Of a DNA stretch of 64,000 nucleotides, positions 49,854 through 61,605 are shown in pieces. The translations under genes were made by a program, and so were the position numbers. Under the pieces are notes generated by a model, which did no database searches, was not told the DNA's origin, and worked only from the letters and a program-made list of their open reading frames with translations. Source of the stretch: Psammoneis japonica (lineage: Eukaryota); assembly GCA_008632985.1 (NCBI GenBank), contig QPGO01000129.1:124001-188000 (forward strand). Direction: 5' to 3'. Position 1 is the first letter of the stretch; every line of letters starts with the position of its first letter.

Positions 49854-52800
49854 AAATTGAGGTTCTGTTGTTTTCCAACATGGTGGGTGTCATGCAGAGG
49901 TCCTGTGTGCTGGTCATTGAAGAAAAGAAGATTGATGAATGACTTCATCTGCGGCACTCTGTTGATGATGTTTGGTGCAGAAGTGTTTTCCTTCAAGGCA
50001 AGTGGGAAGAGCAACAGATTTAATCCCAGCCAGCTTGGCAAGTTTGAAAAATGGCCAGCTCATCCATGCTGCATTGGAGCAGGTTTGAAGGAAGCTTTGC
50101 TCCTGGAGCTTGTGGAGCCAAAGCACAGAAAAGCAATCAAAAAGATGTCCTCCCGTTGCTGTCTCCAAAACAAGAAATGCAAGGCATGCCAAGCACTTGA
50201 TGCAAGTTGCCCAATGTTTCCTCCTGTTGCCATTTTTCTGTCCATCCACCAACTGATGCCTTTGCAATTGTTTCTTTTTGCAGCTGCCCAGGCTTTCTCA
50301 AAGCAGTGTGACTGCCGCCAGAGAAGACCCACCAGCAGACAAATTTCAGGACAAGGGTGACAATGTCAATTGGCTGGATGTGGAGGAAGTTGACAATGAT
50401 GGTCACAGCACCAACTGTGGAGAAAAGGAGGGAGAAGTTGCTGAAGACAATTGATTGTTGGCAATGGGCATGGAAGTTGGGGGTGACACCAGCAGCAGTG
50501 ACAGAGATGCGCGCAACAGTTTTTGAACTGAATGCCTCCTCCAAGAACTGGGTTGTGATGTTTGCACCATTGACAAAAGACAATGCCACACTTCCTCTCT
50601 GAGGCACATTGAATGCAATGTTCTGAGTCTACACAGGTCCAGCCAACAGAGCGCCCCATTCAATGATGCAAAGAGTTTGACCGCATTTGCCTCAACTGTT
50701 TGCATTGTGCACCATCCTGTCTGTCATCCCCCTTGGTTCTCACTGCAAAGTTTTTCCAAAATGCACTCAAGGAGCTGTTGCTGTTGCTTTCAGAATGTGG
50801 AGATTTCCATCTGCCAGAAAGCAACCAGGCTTTTTTGGAATTCTGGATTTGGTGAAAAAGACAAGGCCTTTCAGGAGAGTGCATCATTTGCTTCCTGTGG
50901 GAAGAGCAAGTTTGTGGTGCAACCCCAATCCTTTGTTGAAGATGTGCAAGCAGACATCTCTGCCAATGGAGAATTTCAGTCAAGAGAAGAGCACACAAAG
51001 GATTGTGAGTTAAAGCCAGAAGAGTTCCGACACCTTGCATGCTCAGATGAAGCAACATTCTTGGCAACCTTCCCTGATTTTGGAGGCAAAGAAGTCTGGT
51101 GCATCACTTTGACTCAACAGAGAGTGGATCCATGCCATGCTCCAGTTTTCATGGGCAAAAAGAGTGCACATTGTCAGCGGCACAGAGTCCAAATTGACGA
51201 GTCTTTTTGGTGATGAGCGTGTGGTCAAATTTCCCTCCCCATGTTGCAATCCTTCTCACCATCACTTGCAATGCCAGATTTTTCTCCATCATGTGTGGTG
51301 TGTTCTCACTTGGTCATGCTGCCAGCACAAGCCACCACCAAAACCACAATGACGGCATCAACAACCATTGCTGGATTTTGCTGCCAAGTGCTTTTGCACC
51401 AACAACGCCAATGCATGACATGATTTGTTTTGCTCTGATGAGCACATCTGTGAAAAGAGAGGTGAGAGAAAGTCCAAAAATGAACAAAAACATTCTCACA
51501 TTCTAAGTGAGTGAAACACTCCACAGCATTTGACAGATTCTGTTGGTTCAATGATTTTTTTTTGTTTTCTCAACTTGTTGTTTTCCTCTGATCTTTGTCC
51601 ACATTTCTGCAGGAAAACACCACATCATGTGGGCAGCTCAAGTGGACACTGCAGCACGCAAGGGGACTCAAGTTGATGCCACTTCAAAAGGGGCAGCTCA
51701 AGTGAACACTGCAACATGTGAGGTGGCTCAAGAGGATGTCAATGCCTTCAGATTTGAGCCAGGTGGTTCTGGGGGAAAACAGCACAAACACCCAATCCAG
51801 CCATCAGGTCAGCTTGTGAGGGGGGCAGCAAATCTGTGGCATTTGCAGCGTGACTTCATGCTGTTGTGCACAAGAAATCTGACATTGCAGAATGACATCA
51901 TGGGATGATGTTGCATGGTTGTGCAAAAGGAAAATCTGACACTGCAGAATGGCATCACGGAAACACAGGTCAAGTGACATGCCTTGACATGGGGACACTT
52001 GAGATGGCGCAAATGGGGTGGGAAACCCTGAAGTTGCAGCATGACCCCTCGACATGTGGCAGTGGAGGGGTGCAGGGGCAGGACATGTCTCGAGGGTGAA
52101 AAGGGTCCCCCAAGATGGGCCCCAACTTGGGGGGAGTGCACCTTCTGTGTGGCAGATTGGCCAGAGAGTTCTCGCTGCACACAAGGTTTGACCACGGGTT
52201 TCAAGGAATGGCATCTCCAGATGTTGGTGTGAATGGAGTCATTGCACAAGGTTGGAGTCACAATGACAGATCAGGTGTTTCAACAAAGCCAGGAACAACA
52301 CAAAAGGAAGACAATGTCTTGGACAGGTGCAGACAGTGGATGTTGCAACTTGCCACTGTGTTGGTTCATGTCATGTGCCAAAATGCTTTGCAGAGTGTGC
52401 CAAGGGCTGGGCAAGGACACATGATGGAACAACAATGAAAAAAATGTCTGAACAATTCCAAGTCTTGTTGGGATGTCCCAAGAAACTGAGAACAGCATTG
52501 AAACTTGATGAAGCATGTGCTCACATCATGACTGGTTTCCCTTTGCCTCACACACTGACTCAGAAAATGAGTGGCAGTTCCCATTGGACAACATCAGCAA
52601 TGATGTGGTGTGCGTCGAAGATTGGCGTGAATGCAACATTGGCAATGACATGTTGCATGAGCTGCAAAAGTTTTCTGTGCCTGTTGATGACACCACCTCA
52701 AACCATTTGTGCTGCGACAGTTGTGAGACAGCTGCTTGATCTTGCTTTGGCTCATGACTCTGCCACAAATGTGTTCGTGATTGAGGATGTTGCCCAACAG

Positions 52801-55800
52801 GGAGTTGCAACACATTGTGGCTCTTGTGTGCAGGCACTCATTTCCTGCCCTGTGATTGCACAAATGATGGGTAGATTGGCCTGGCAATGAAGCAGCTCAC
52901 AAAGAACCGCCTTGAGAGTGCGGCAACAATTGGCAACAACAAGGTGCACAGACTCATCCTTCTTTTCTTTTGGGTCAGCATTTGTTGCAGGAGAACAACA
53001 GAGCTTGTTTTTTTGCTTTTGACTGGGCACAAAAATCTCTTTTTGTTTGTTGAGAAGCAACAAGGAGAGACAAAGTTGGTGCTTTCATGACCAGCCAATG
53101 TTTTGAGTCAATGAGTGATGAGCAAAATGAGCACATTGTGGATGAGTTTTGATGCAACCCTGCCTGCATCATTTGCCAAAGTGGCTGGATCTTCGATTTT
53201 CTCAAGACTGGCTGAGGCAAATCAGAGCAAAGCAGAGCAGAGCAGAGCATCTCTTTTCGTGTGCAAAGTTGTCCACAGCACTGGACATTGAGCTCACATG
53301 CTTGGCACAGCAGCAGCTCTTGTTGACCCAGAGATTTGACAACATTGGTGTTGCAAGTTTTGTCATTGCAGGAACTTTGTCAAGCTGTTTTGTCACAAAA
53401 GTGGCAGAGACCAATGTCAACACCCGTCAGCGCAGTGCCAACATTGGGGTTGTTGAAGTCACAAAGTGTGCACTGCCTTTGAGAAGAGACTTGGAGCTGG
53501 GTCACTTTTGGCTGTTGTTGATCTTTTGCTCAACACCAAGCACTCCATGGAGAAAGTGGCAGGAGTGGTGCACCAAAATGGTGGCTTTGTCAAGCCAGGG
53601 ATGTTGGTCAATGCAAAATGTGGTCAGGAGCTGGCACCCACTGCTCCTTGCAACAGCACACTCCTTTTTGCATGACAGAAAATGAAGATGACTGGGTGGA
53701 AGAAAACAACAACTCCTTGCTGCTGTCTAAATGGCAGATGAGTCTCGGTGCAGAGACCGTTGCAGGAGCCGAAAGACTGGTGTCATGATGTTGGTGCTGC
53801 TGTCATCATTTTTGTGAGCCCAGTGGCTCAAAAGCAAACTGCATCACATGACACGTGCGCAGAACTGAGAGCACACACAATTGTGTGTGACAAACTAAAA
53901 TCTTGTTCAAATCCTGTCACTCCCCAGTTTGCTTGAGGGGTCAACAGCAACAGATTCAAAGTCGGGTTGGTTGAAAGCCTCAGGATTGAAGCTCCAAAAC
54001 ATTAGAGGATGAAGGAGGTTCCAGATTTGGGAGCAACCCCAATGCTTGCTGAGGATGCCAGCCGGGTTGCAGGAGCCTTCGACAAAATGAAACTCAAGGA
54101 AACTGGAGGCAATTGCCTCACGCACACAATGGAACAAGAGGGCGGTGTGTCACTTGTGCAACTTGGAGTGCAGGATGGCAGCACTGTCCACAACCAACTT
54201 GAATGGACACTGTCGATGGGCATGTCTGTGAGGTGTCCATCAGCAACAAGCCTTGCTTTGTGCCATCCGTCATGTTTGACGTCACAGATGAGATGCACCC
54301 GGATCTTCTTGTGTCCTGATGGAGCACTGGAGTCGTTGTGGTGTCCGCAGTCATGGAAGACCTTGCACTCATCAAGCTGAGTCATCTTGAGGTCCGTTGC
54401 ATCTCCCCACTTGCAGTTGCCATTGCACTCATCAAGGGCCATGGCATGCCTGCAGTCCCGTGGCACTTCACACCCGCACTTGCATCGTGGTGCAGCACAA
54501 AAGGAGCGCAACTTGGCTTGGTTGGCCATGCGGAACAGCTTCTTCTGATGAAGGGCTGTCTTGCAAAAGCATCTCCATCCTTCGGTTTCTAGAAGGCTGT
54601 GCTCATGCGCACAGATGGCACAGGTGATGGGGTCATCCTTCTTGGCAATGACGGCAAGGGGTTTGGACGTGATCTCCCCATTCTCCCATTCAAGCATGAC
54701 GTTGCAGCTTGAGCCTTTCCAAGAGAAATCATGGGGTCGCAATGGTCCTTCGTGCGATGCGATGCGTTGGAACTTCCAGAGGGTGGTGTCCTCGTCTTCT
54801 TGCTCAATGTGGTGCATGATGTCATTGCAGGCCAGGACTTCCTTGCATTCGTCATTGTTGACGGAGCAAATGAACTTGACCAGTTCAGGATTGTCTCCGG
54901 TTTTCCAGTCATGGTCCTCAACAACTTTGACGATGCGGGCTCTGCAGCGTTGTCCACCCTCTTGTGGCTTCATGAGAAAGGTGTGTCCTGTGACATCCTT
55001 GGGGTCAAAGACCGGCATTTTGGGCATCCTGATCACCTCCCCATCTGGCGAATCTGGCAAATCCTTGGAGTCGTGGTGGGATGTGATGACAGGTTCAGCA
55101 GATTTCTTGTCAGGAGGATCAAGACGCAGGTTTGGAGCAGACGGATCATGGGCGGAGTGCACGTTGGAACGGCAGAGAATCTTCTGAGTGTCATCAGAAA
55201 GAATCTTGAACGTCATTTGGTGGCCAATGTGCTCAGCGATGTGCGGGAGGCCGGCTTTAATGTCGATGGGAATGACGCATCCATCAACAGTGGTGACACG
55301 CTGCAGACCATCGGGGACCTTGATGGACCGATCATTGACACCATGTTTGTGCCACTCAAGCTGGCCGCAAGAGTGTGGCAGGGCCACGATGCATGTGGAT
55401 GACACCGCTGGCAGCGACAATGGGAATGTCTGCCAGTTGATGATCATCGACACCTTGGACGTCAATGTCATTGGGCTTCACGTCAGAGCGGACGGAAGGT
55501 GCAGATCTGGGCGGTTTCTTGCCAGAACGGGCGGAAGGAGGCCGTTCAGGTGCCAGGAGACATTGCAAGTCGCTGGGTGGAAGGGGCTTGTGCCTGGTGA
55601 GATGAGTCAGAATGGGGTTAGTGTCAGCTGCATCGGCTGCAGCGTTGGATTGTGCGAAGGCTGACGCAAGATCGCGAGTGTTGGCGGACAAGTTGACATC
55701 GCCATCACTGCCAATGTGGAGGTCATGCAGGTTGACCGCCATCAAGTCATGGCAGTTGCCGGTGTGGGCGGTGCACAAGCCAAGAATGATGGCCTTGGTG

Positions 55801-55821
55801 GACTGGGGCAAGGTGTCCCAA

Positions 55822-56210
55822 GACGCGTTCCAGGTCCAGGTGGGACCTTGCACTGCTGAACTGTGACATCGACAGTTTTTTGAATCGCGTCGCATGTTGC
55901 GCACGTGCATTTCTACGTGATTTTGGCGAAATTTTGCATCATTTTACAGTGCAATTGTCAGGCGATCCATTCAACAACTTTTAACATTTTTTTCTTCTGC
56001 ACCATTCTTGAGTGTCTTAAGAATGGCGTGGGGCAGGCGCATTGTCCAAAACTTTGAGTGCAAACAGAGACATGTGCACTGCAAACTTGGCCGTTTGTTT
56101 CATGTCGAAGACAAACACATCCATCAACCAGAGTGTGAACTGCAGAGCTTGCACGCAGTGTTCCATGGGGCAAATGTCACAAAAAGTCCCACCTGGGTCT
56201 GGAGCCCGTC
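55822..56210. mobile_element. 389-bp MITE inserted in gag of element B, 4-bp TSD CCAA
   Basis: ccaa|gacgcgttccaggtccaggtgggac ... gtcccacctgggtctggagcccgtc|ccaa. Removing it restores QCVW-DTLPQ. Confidence 0.9.
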
Positions 56211-57143
56211 CCAAACGCACTGATGGTCCAGCGGAATGCGACGCCATTGTTCCTTGGTGAGGGAATTGCCACGAATTTGCACAGCACAAGCTTGGATGAT
56301 GTCAACATCACTGTCGATGTCAAAGAACACATCATCATCAGGGTCATCAGGGACCAGGTCATGTTCACAGATGGCACGGCGCGGAGCACAAGGAGCTGTC
56401 TTGGGGGCAAACGTGCTGTTGCACTGTGCTGCAGCAGAAAGCAGGAGTCCACAGTGCTCTTTGCAAGAGAGCCCCTTTTCATTCTGCACGCGGAACTGAT
56501 CGGCCAGATTCTTTGCTGAGCGGAGTTCTTCAACAGGATGAACGGCGTTCTCAAGCATGGCATGTTTCTGGCCAGCAGAGAAATGGTCTGCACCCGGGAC
56601 AAGAGCTTTGTGCTTGTGAATCAGGTCCTGCCAGTGAAGTGTGGAGGCATGAGTGGATCCCTTCCAGGTGCCATCACCGAGGCGAGCAGTGGTGAGGTGC
56701 ATGAGAAGGGTCGAGGACTCCAGGGATGCACGAGTGGAAGCAAGGGCGCACTTGGAGAGGTCACGACACACCGCTTGAGCATCAGAGGAGCTGACATGTT
56801 GATGAACAAGTGCCCTGCCTTTGTCATTCTGCAAGATCCGTTCCAACACTGCGAACATGCACTTCTGTTGTTCATCAAACAGGGCCTTGTCCTCAGCCGT
56901 GGAAGGATTGCATGTCGGATTGAGAATGCGTGCGACGTCTTGGGAGCGGGCCTGTGCGATGATGGAGGTGTGCCATGTGTGCCGCTGTTTGCAGGACTTG
57001 AGAAGCACAAAGGTGAGTGGGTCACGTTTGATGCCTCACTCAAAGTCACGCACGGGATCACGTGGTTTGGGTGGCAACAAGCCAGGAGTGGGAGCAGATG
57101 GTGCTGTGCCCATGGAGAGGGACGCTGCATGCTCAGGACCAAG

Positions 57144-57533
57144 GATGTGTTCCAGGTCCAGGTGGGACCTCACACTGCTGAGCTGTGACATCGACAGTTT
57201 TTTGAATCGCGTTGCATGTCGCGCACGCAGATTTCTGCGTGATTTTTGCAATGTTTTGCATCATTTTATGGCACATTTGTTGAGCGATCCGTCCAACAAC
57301 TTTTGACATTTTTTGTTGCAGCACAATTCTACAATGTCTTGAGAATCGTGCAGGGCAGGCGCACTTGCGAAAACGTCGAGTGGTGTGAGGCACAACTGCA
57401 CCACAAACTTGGCCATTTATTTGATGTTGAAGACAAACACATCCACCAATTAAATTCTCATGCAACGGAGCTCGCATGAAGAATTCTGTGGGCCCAATGT
57501 CACACGGAGTCCCACCCAGGGCTGGAACGCGTC
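57144..57533. mobile_element. 390-bp MITE, same family, second insertion in gag of element B; TSD CAAG/TAAG
   Basis: caag|gatgtgttccaggtccaggtgggac ... gtcccacccagggctggaacgcgtc|taag. Interior aligns with 55822-56210. Confidence 0.9.
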
Positions 57534-57957
57534 TAAGATGACAGTTGGTGAACTCCTCTTGTGTGAACAATTGAGGGTCATTGCTGACATCTGCGCCGTG
57601 CACGCTTTTACCTTGTGCAGGCCAATCAGCGCAGCTGTCTGTGCTTTGCAACCACGTGGCAAGGGCATTTGATTGGTGCCATCGTTGCACACAAGGGCAT
57701 CCAATTGCACCAAAGTAAAAGTGACAAGGTCCTGGTGCGAATCGGTTCCATCAATGTTGAGGGCGGAGCGCAATGGACTGTCTGTGGCTTGATTCAGAAC
57801 AGTGCCTAGAATGTGCTTGAAGCCATCGATTTGTTGTTGCCTGGTGAGAACCATGTTGCAACTGGGTGGATGTCGGAACTGGCTGGAATCAGAGTGTGGG
57901 CTTGAAACAACTTGAAACTTGACTTGAATCTTGACTTGATGTCTTGAACTGTCTCAA

Positions 57958-58501
57958 GGATGGATCGTTGAGATGAGGTCTGTCCACGTGCGAGCTCGCA
58001 TTTTTTTGGAAAAAACCCGGATTTCTTGCACTGGATGCGCGCACTCGCCAACAAAATGTTTTCAGCGATGGGCGCGCTCGCCAACAAAATGTTTTCAGCG
58101 ATGGGTCGAACTTTCTCCCTTCAAAAGACATCACAGAATGTGTTGGCGATGGTTGTGACCATGCGCGATCTTTAGCTTGACGACTGAAGACATGTCCATG
58201 GCCAGTCAAACGCCAATTGTCGGCTTTTCCTGGAAAGTTGTGGCTTGTCTCCCATGAGCAGTGCGATTTTGGCGAAAAACAGCGGTTTGTTGCATGTGAC
58301 AACTGCACCAAATCCGACAACTGGCATTTGAAGGTTGAAATGTGTGGCTCACACACAGATCTGACAGCCCTGATGGGGGCTGGACACAGTCATGTGTGTT
58401 TGGGGGTGCTCAGAGGCATCGCAAAATGACACGGGCGAAGTGCGGGGAAATTGCAAAATCACGAGCTAATTAAAAAAATGCCTCATCTGGACGATCCATC
58501 C
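57958..58501. mobile_element. 544-bp non-autonomous DNA transposon inserted at a TTAA site (Kolobok-like termini)
   Basis: tcaa|ggatggatcgttgagatgagg ... cctcatctggacgatccatcc|ttga. The homologous empty site in element C reads ctgattttaagacagttc (about 62697-62714). Confidence 0.8.
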
Positions 58502-59923
58502 TTGAGAGTCAGAAACCGCCGGGCTGCGACATCCTGTTTGCAGTTGAGTGCTGAGCTTCCCATCCGGTCCACAGGGTTGTGCCGGCACATCCGAGCCCGC
58601 AGCTGGCGACGCTTTGGGTTGCTTGAGAGTGGAGCAACGGGTTAAAAACCCCTGCTGACAAGCCAGCCAGAGGTGGGCAAGACCTCCAAACCATTCTTGT
58701 TTTATGTCGGTTGGATGACCCGATCAGGCCAGCCAAATTTGGTGCTGTGGAGGGACGAACAAAGGTGGGAAATGCACCCTTGCCCCAACGCAGGCTGTGA
58801 TCATGAACTGCTTCCTCTCACAGTTGTCCTCGCAGACCTTGTGGGACTGTGGAAGACCAGCAATCCGGCGCAGATACAAGGTGGCAGACTTGGCGTGCGC
58901 GGAGCAGAGCCAGAGTCAGGGGTTTGTGTCGTGTGCGCGTGGACGTGAGCGGATGGATTGGTGGGATCCGCTGTGAGGAATCCAGAATCTCGGATGTCTG
59001 AGGATTCGGGAATTCCTGGCCAAACAAACATCCGTTGAACAAATGTGTCCAATGATGAGAAGCATTGGATGAATCCAAACATGCAGATTTAATCCAGCGT
59101 CCAACAGTGAAGAAGGTAGACACACACTTCCACCACCAATGGTGCGCGTCATCGAAAAATTTCTCGATGACGATGATGAATGCTCAATGGACAATGAAGA
59201 GCAAGGCTGTCAATCTGACAGAAAATGAAGATGACTGGGTGGAAGAAAACAACAACTCCTTGCTGCTGTCTAAACAGCAGATGAGTCTCCATGCAGAGAC
59301 CGTCACAGGAGCCGAAAGACTGGTGTCATGATGTCGGCACTGCTGTCATTGTTCTTGTGAGCTGAGTGGCTCGAAAGCAAACTGCATCGCGTGACGTGCA
59401 CGGAACCAGGAGCACACATGATCATGTGTGACAAACTAAAATCTTGTTCAAATCCTGTCATTGCAGATTCAGCTGATCCAGGGCTCACTTTCAACACAGC
59501 AACATCAGCCCAAACAGACAGCCGCTGACTCACACCATTGATTTGAAGCTCTGGAGTTGGCCCATGTTTTCAATCCCCAAGCCACTGAAAGCAGGCCAGC
59601 CCAAAGACGGGGGCATTGTCAACATTGAATCCACAACCACAAGCTGATGCTGGCAAAGAATTGGAGATAATTCCAGGACATTGAGTGTCTCACCCCTCTT
59701 CTCACAACTTTGCCAAAACCTCTTTGGCCAAGTCTTTTTGCATGCACGGCCAAATTGTCAACATGGGCAAGTTCAAAATGCACCGGCTGTCCAGCAGTTC
59801 CTCCCAGCCAGATGGAAGAAGAAGAGAAAAGGAAAAGGAAGGAAAAAATGAACATTGATGAAGGTTTGAAAGGGTGCGCTGCAGCACCGCAGTGCGCACA
59901 GTGGTGAAGACGGACGTGGACAG

Positions 59924-61450
59924 GTGCAGACGCGCTGCGTGGAATTTGGTGCGAAGTGTCATGCGTTTGCGTGCGCAGAAGGATGTGGATCACCAACGGC
60001 TGGAACAAAGCAGCACACCACACAGCAGTCAGTGCAGCTCTGTCATCACGGTGCTAGAATGGCAGAGGACAACATCGTTGCATCTGGCAAAGCAGAGGAT
60101 GCAGCAGCTCCGGAAGTCATGGCAGAACTCACGGGCGCCGAAGGCGCGGCGGCAGCTGCCATGACTGCACTTGGCACCGAGGGAAGTGCCGAGGGTGTGT
60201 CTGTCGAGTCCAAACATGCAAGGATGTCGGAGAAGCCAGCGCAGCCCCAAACTGAAAAGAGGGAGAAAGCCGTGCCGCCGGAGCCAACCTTTCAAATTTG
60301 TGGTTGGAATGTCGAGTTGGTGGGTGATCAGGCCACCTTTGTGAAACCGGAGGTCCTGCCTTTTTGCAGCGGCAAAAGCGAGGAGGCAGCCAAGCCCACG
60401 GCCAAAGTGGTCGCGAAAGCAACGGCGGAAGAGGAAGAAGAAGGAAAGCAATTTCCGGACCCCAGCGATCCGTCATTCAACTTGTGGGACTGGGTGTTGC
60501 GGCACGAAAAATCCGACAATTTCCAGGAGTCCATGTGCCTGATGAAGGATGCGCCGAACAATCCCGACCTCTGGTTCCCTGTGCTGGGAGAACTGGGGTG
60601 CATCAGGAGCGACCCTGAAGCCGTCGCAAATGCTCACGGCGAACACCACAAGTGGGTGTGGAGGTGCCGCACGGAAGTCGACGAGAGGGGCATCCCAGAC
60701 TCGACGCCGAAGAGCAACAAAGTGTTCAAGACCGCCGTCGAGGCTTTCGAAGCAGGGTGGTCGCTCGCACTGGTCCACCTCGTGAAGAGAGCAAGCACAA
60801 AAGTGTGCACATTTGGATGAGGCGCCGTGTCACTTCAACCTGCGTTGTTTTGCCTCAAAAAGTCCGTTCGCTCCGCAGGCCCCAAGGAGGTGGAGGTGGG
60901 CGAGCTGCGCGTGTCGCAACGGAGGGGCACAGGCATTGGTTTTTTTGCTTTGCGCCAGTTCCAGAAAGGCAGCACGGTTGGAATCTACATGGGCCCCAGG
61001 GTGCCCGGTGCGACGAGGAGCCACTCATGGTGCGACCACGACAGCAAGTTTGGAGAAGACCACAGCGTGTGCTGCTCCACCATCCATGACAGCGAGGGCT
61101 GCTGCGTCACAGTGGAGCCAAAACTGCTTGATTTTAGCAGTCCAGGGAACAAGAATTCCCATCCACTCTGCCTCAGAATGCACTGCGTGAACGATGCCAC
61201 CAAGTGTTCAAGGACAAGAAGAAGATCAAGGCAAGCCAACACGCAGACAACAACTGCGAGTTCTGCAACGACGGGTGCTTGGCAGTCATGAAGCGAACCA
61301 TGCCCGGGGAGGAATTTCTCTGCAGATGCAACTTGGACGAATTGGAGAAGAAGAAGAAGAAGAGGAAGGCAACGTCGGGCGCCATGAATCGGAAGAAGAA
61401 ATCGCGTCTGCTCCCCAAGTCGGGGGGGAGAAGCTCTGCGTCTGGCAAAA
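59924..61450 (+). pseudogene. SET-domain protein, TA-hypermutated and frameshifted
   Basis: GIGFFALRQFQKGSTVGIYMG, LCLRMHCVNDA and NCEFCNDGCLAVMKRTMPGEEFLCRCN follow the SET pattern GxGxFA..KG..IG-Y-G, Y-N(H/D) and GEEL---Y, with Tyr to Cys. Confidence 0.7.
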
Positions 61451-61605
61451 CGTTTGCCGTGCAGTGTGCTCTGCAAATTAGCAGCACAGTGTGTTGGTGT
61501 TTTTCAGCGAAACTGTGGCATCAGTTGGAAAGGCGCAGCCCCAGTTGTGGTTCGAAAAATGGGAACGAGGAAGAACAGAAAGTCGGCAAATTTGTGCATG
61601 TCCAG

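Larger units (their letters stand above)
53673..59460 (-). mobile_element. Ty1/copia LTR retrotransposon B, internally deleted, with 5-bp TSD TTGCA
   Basis: LTRs at 53673-53919 and 59216-59460 (TGACAG...CTGTCA), ttgca on both flanks, and PPT ggggag next to the 3' LTR. gag starts MVLTRQQQ at 57854. pol fragments DVKHDGWHKARLVADGH and CVREAIA...NPAGILSKHW. Most of integrase and RT are missing. Confidence 0.95.

Noticed and set aside
49860..53670. Decayed coding-like sequence with short 30-55 bp tandem repeats near 51630-51960
   Set aside because: Too degraded to assign a family from sequence alone.
43157..59460. Classical RIP, plain CpG deamination or ADAR editing as the explanation
   Set aside because: RIP produces TpA rather than removing it. 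CpG is retained where TA is gone. ADAR editing would give one strand polarity and matching LTRs.
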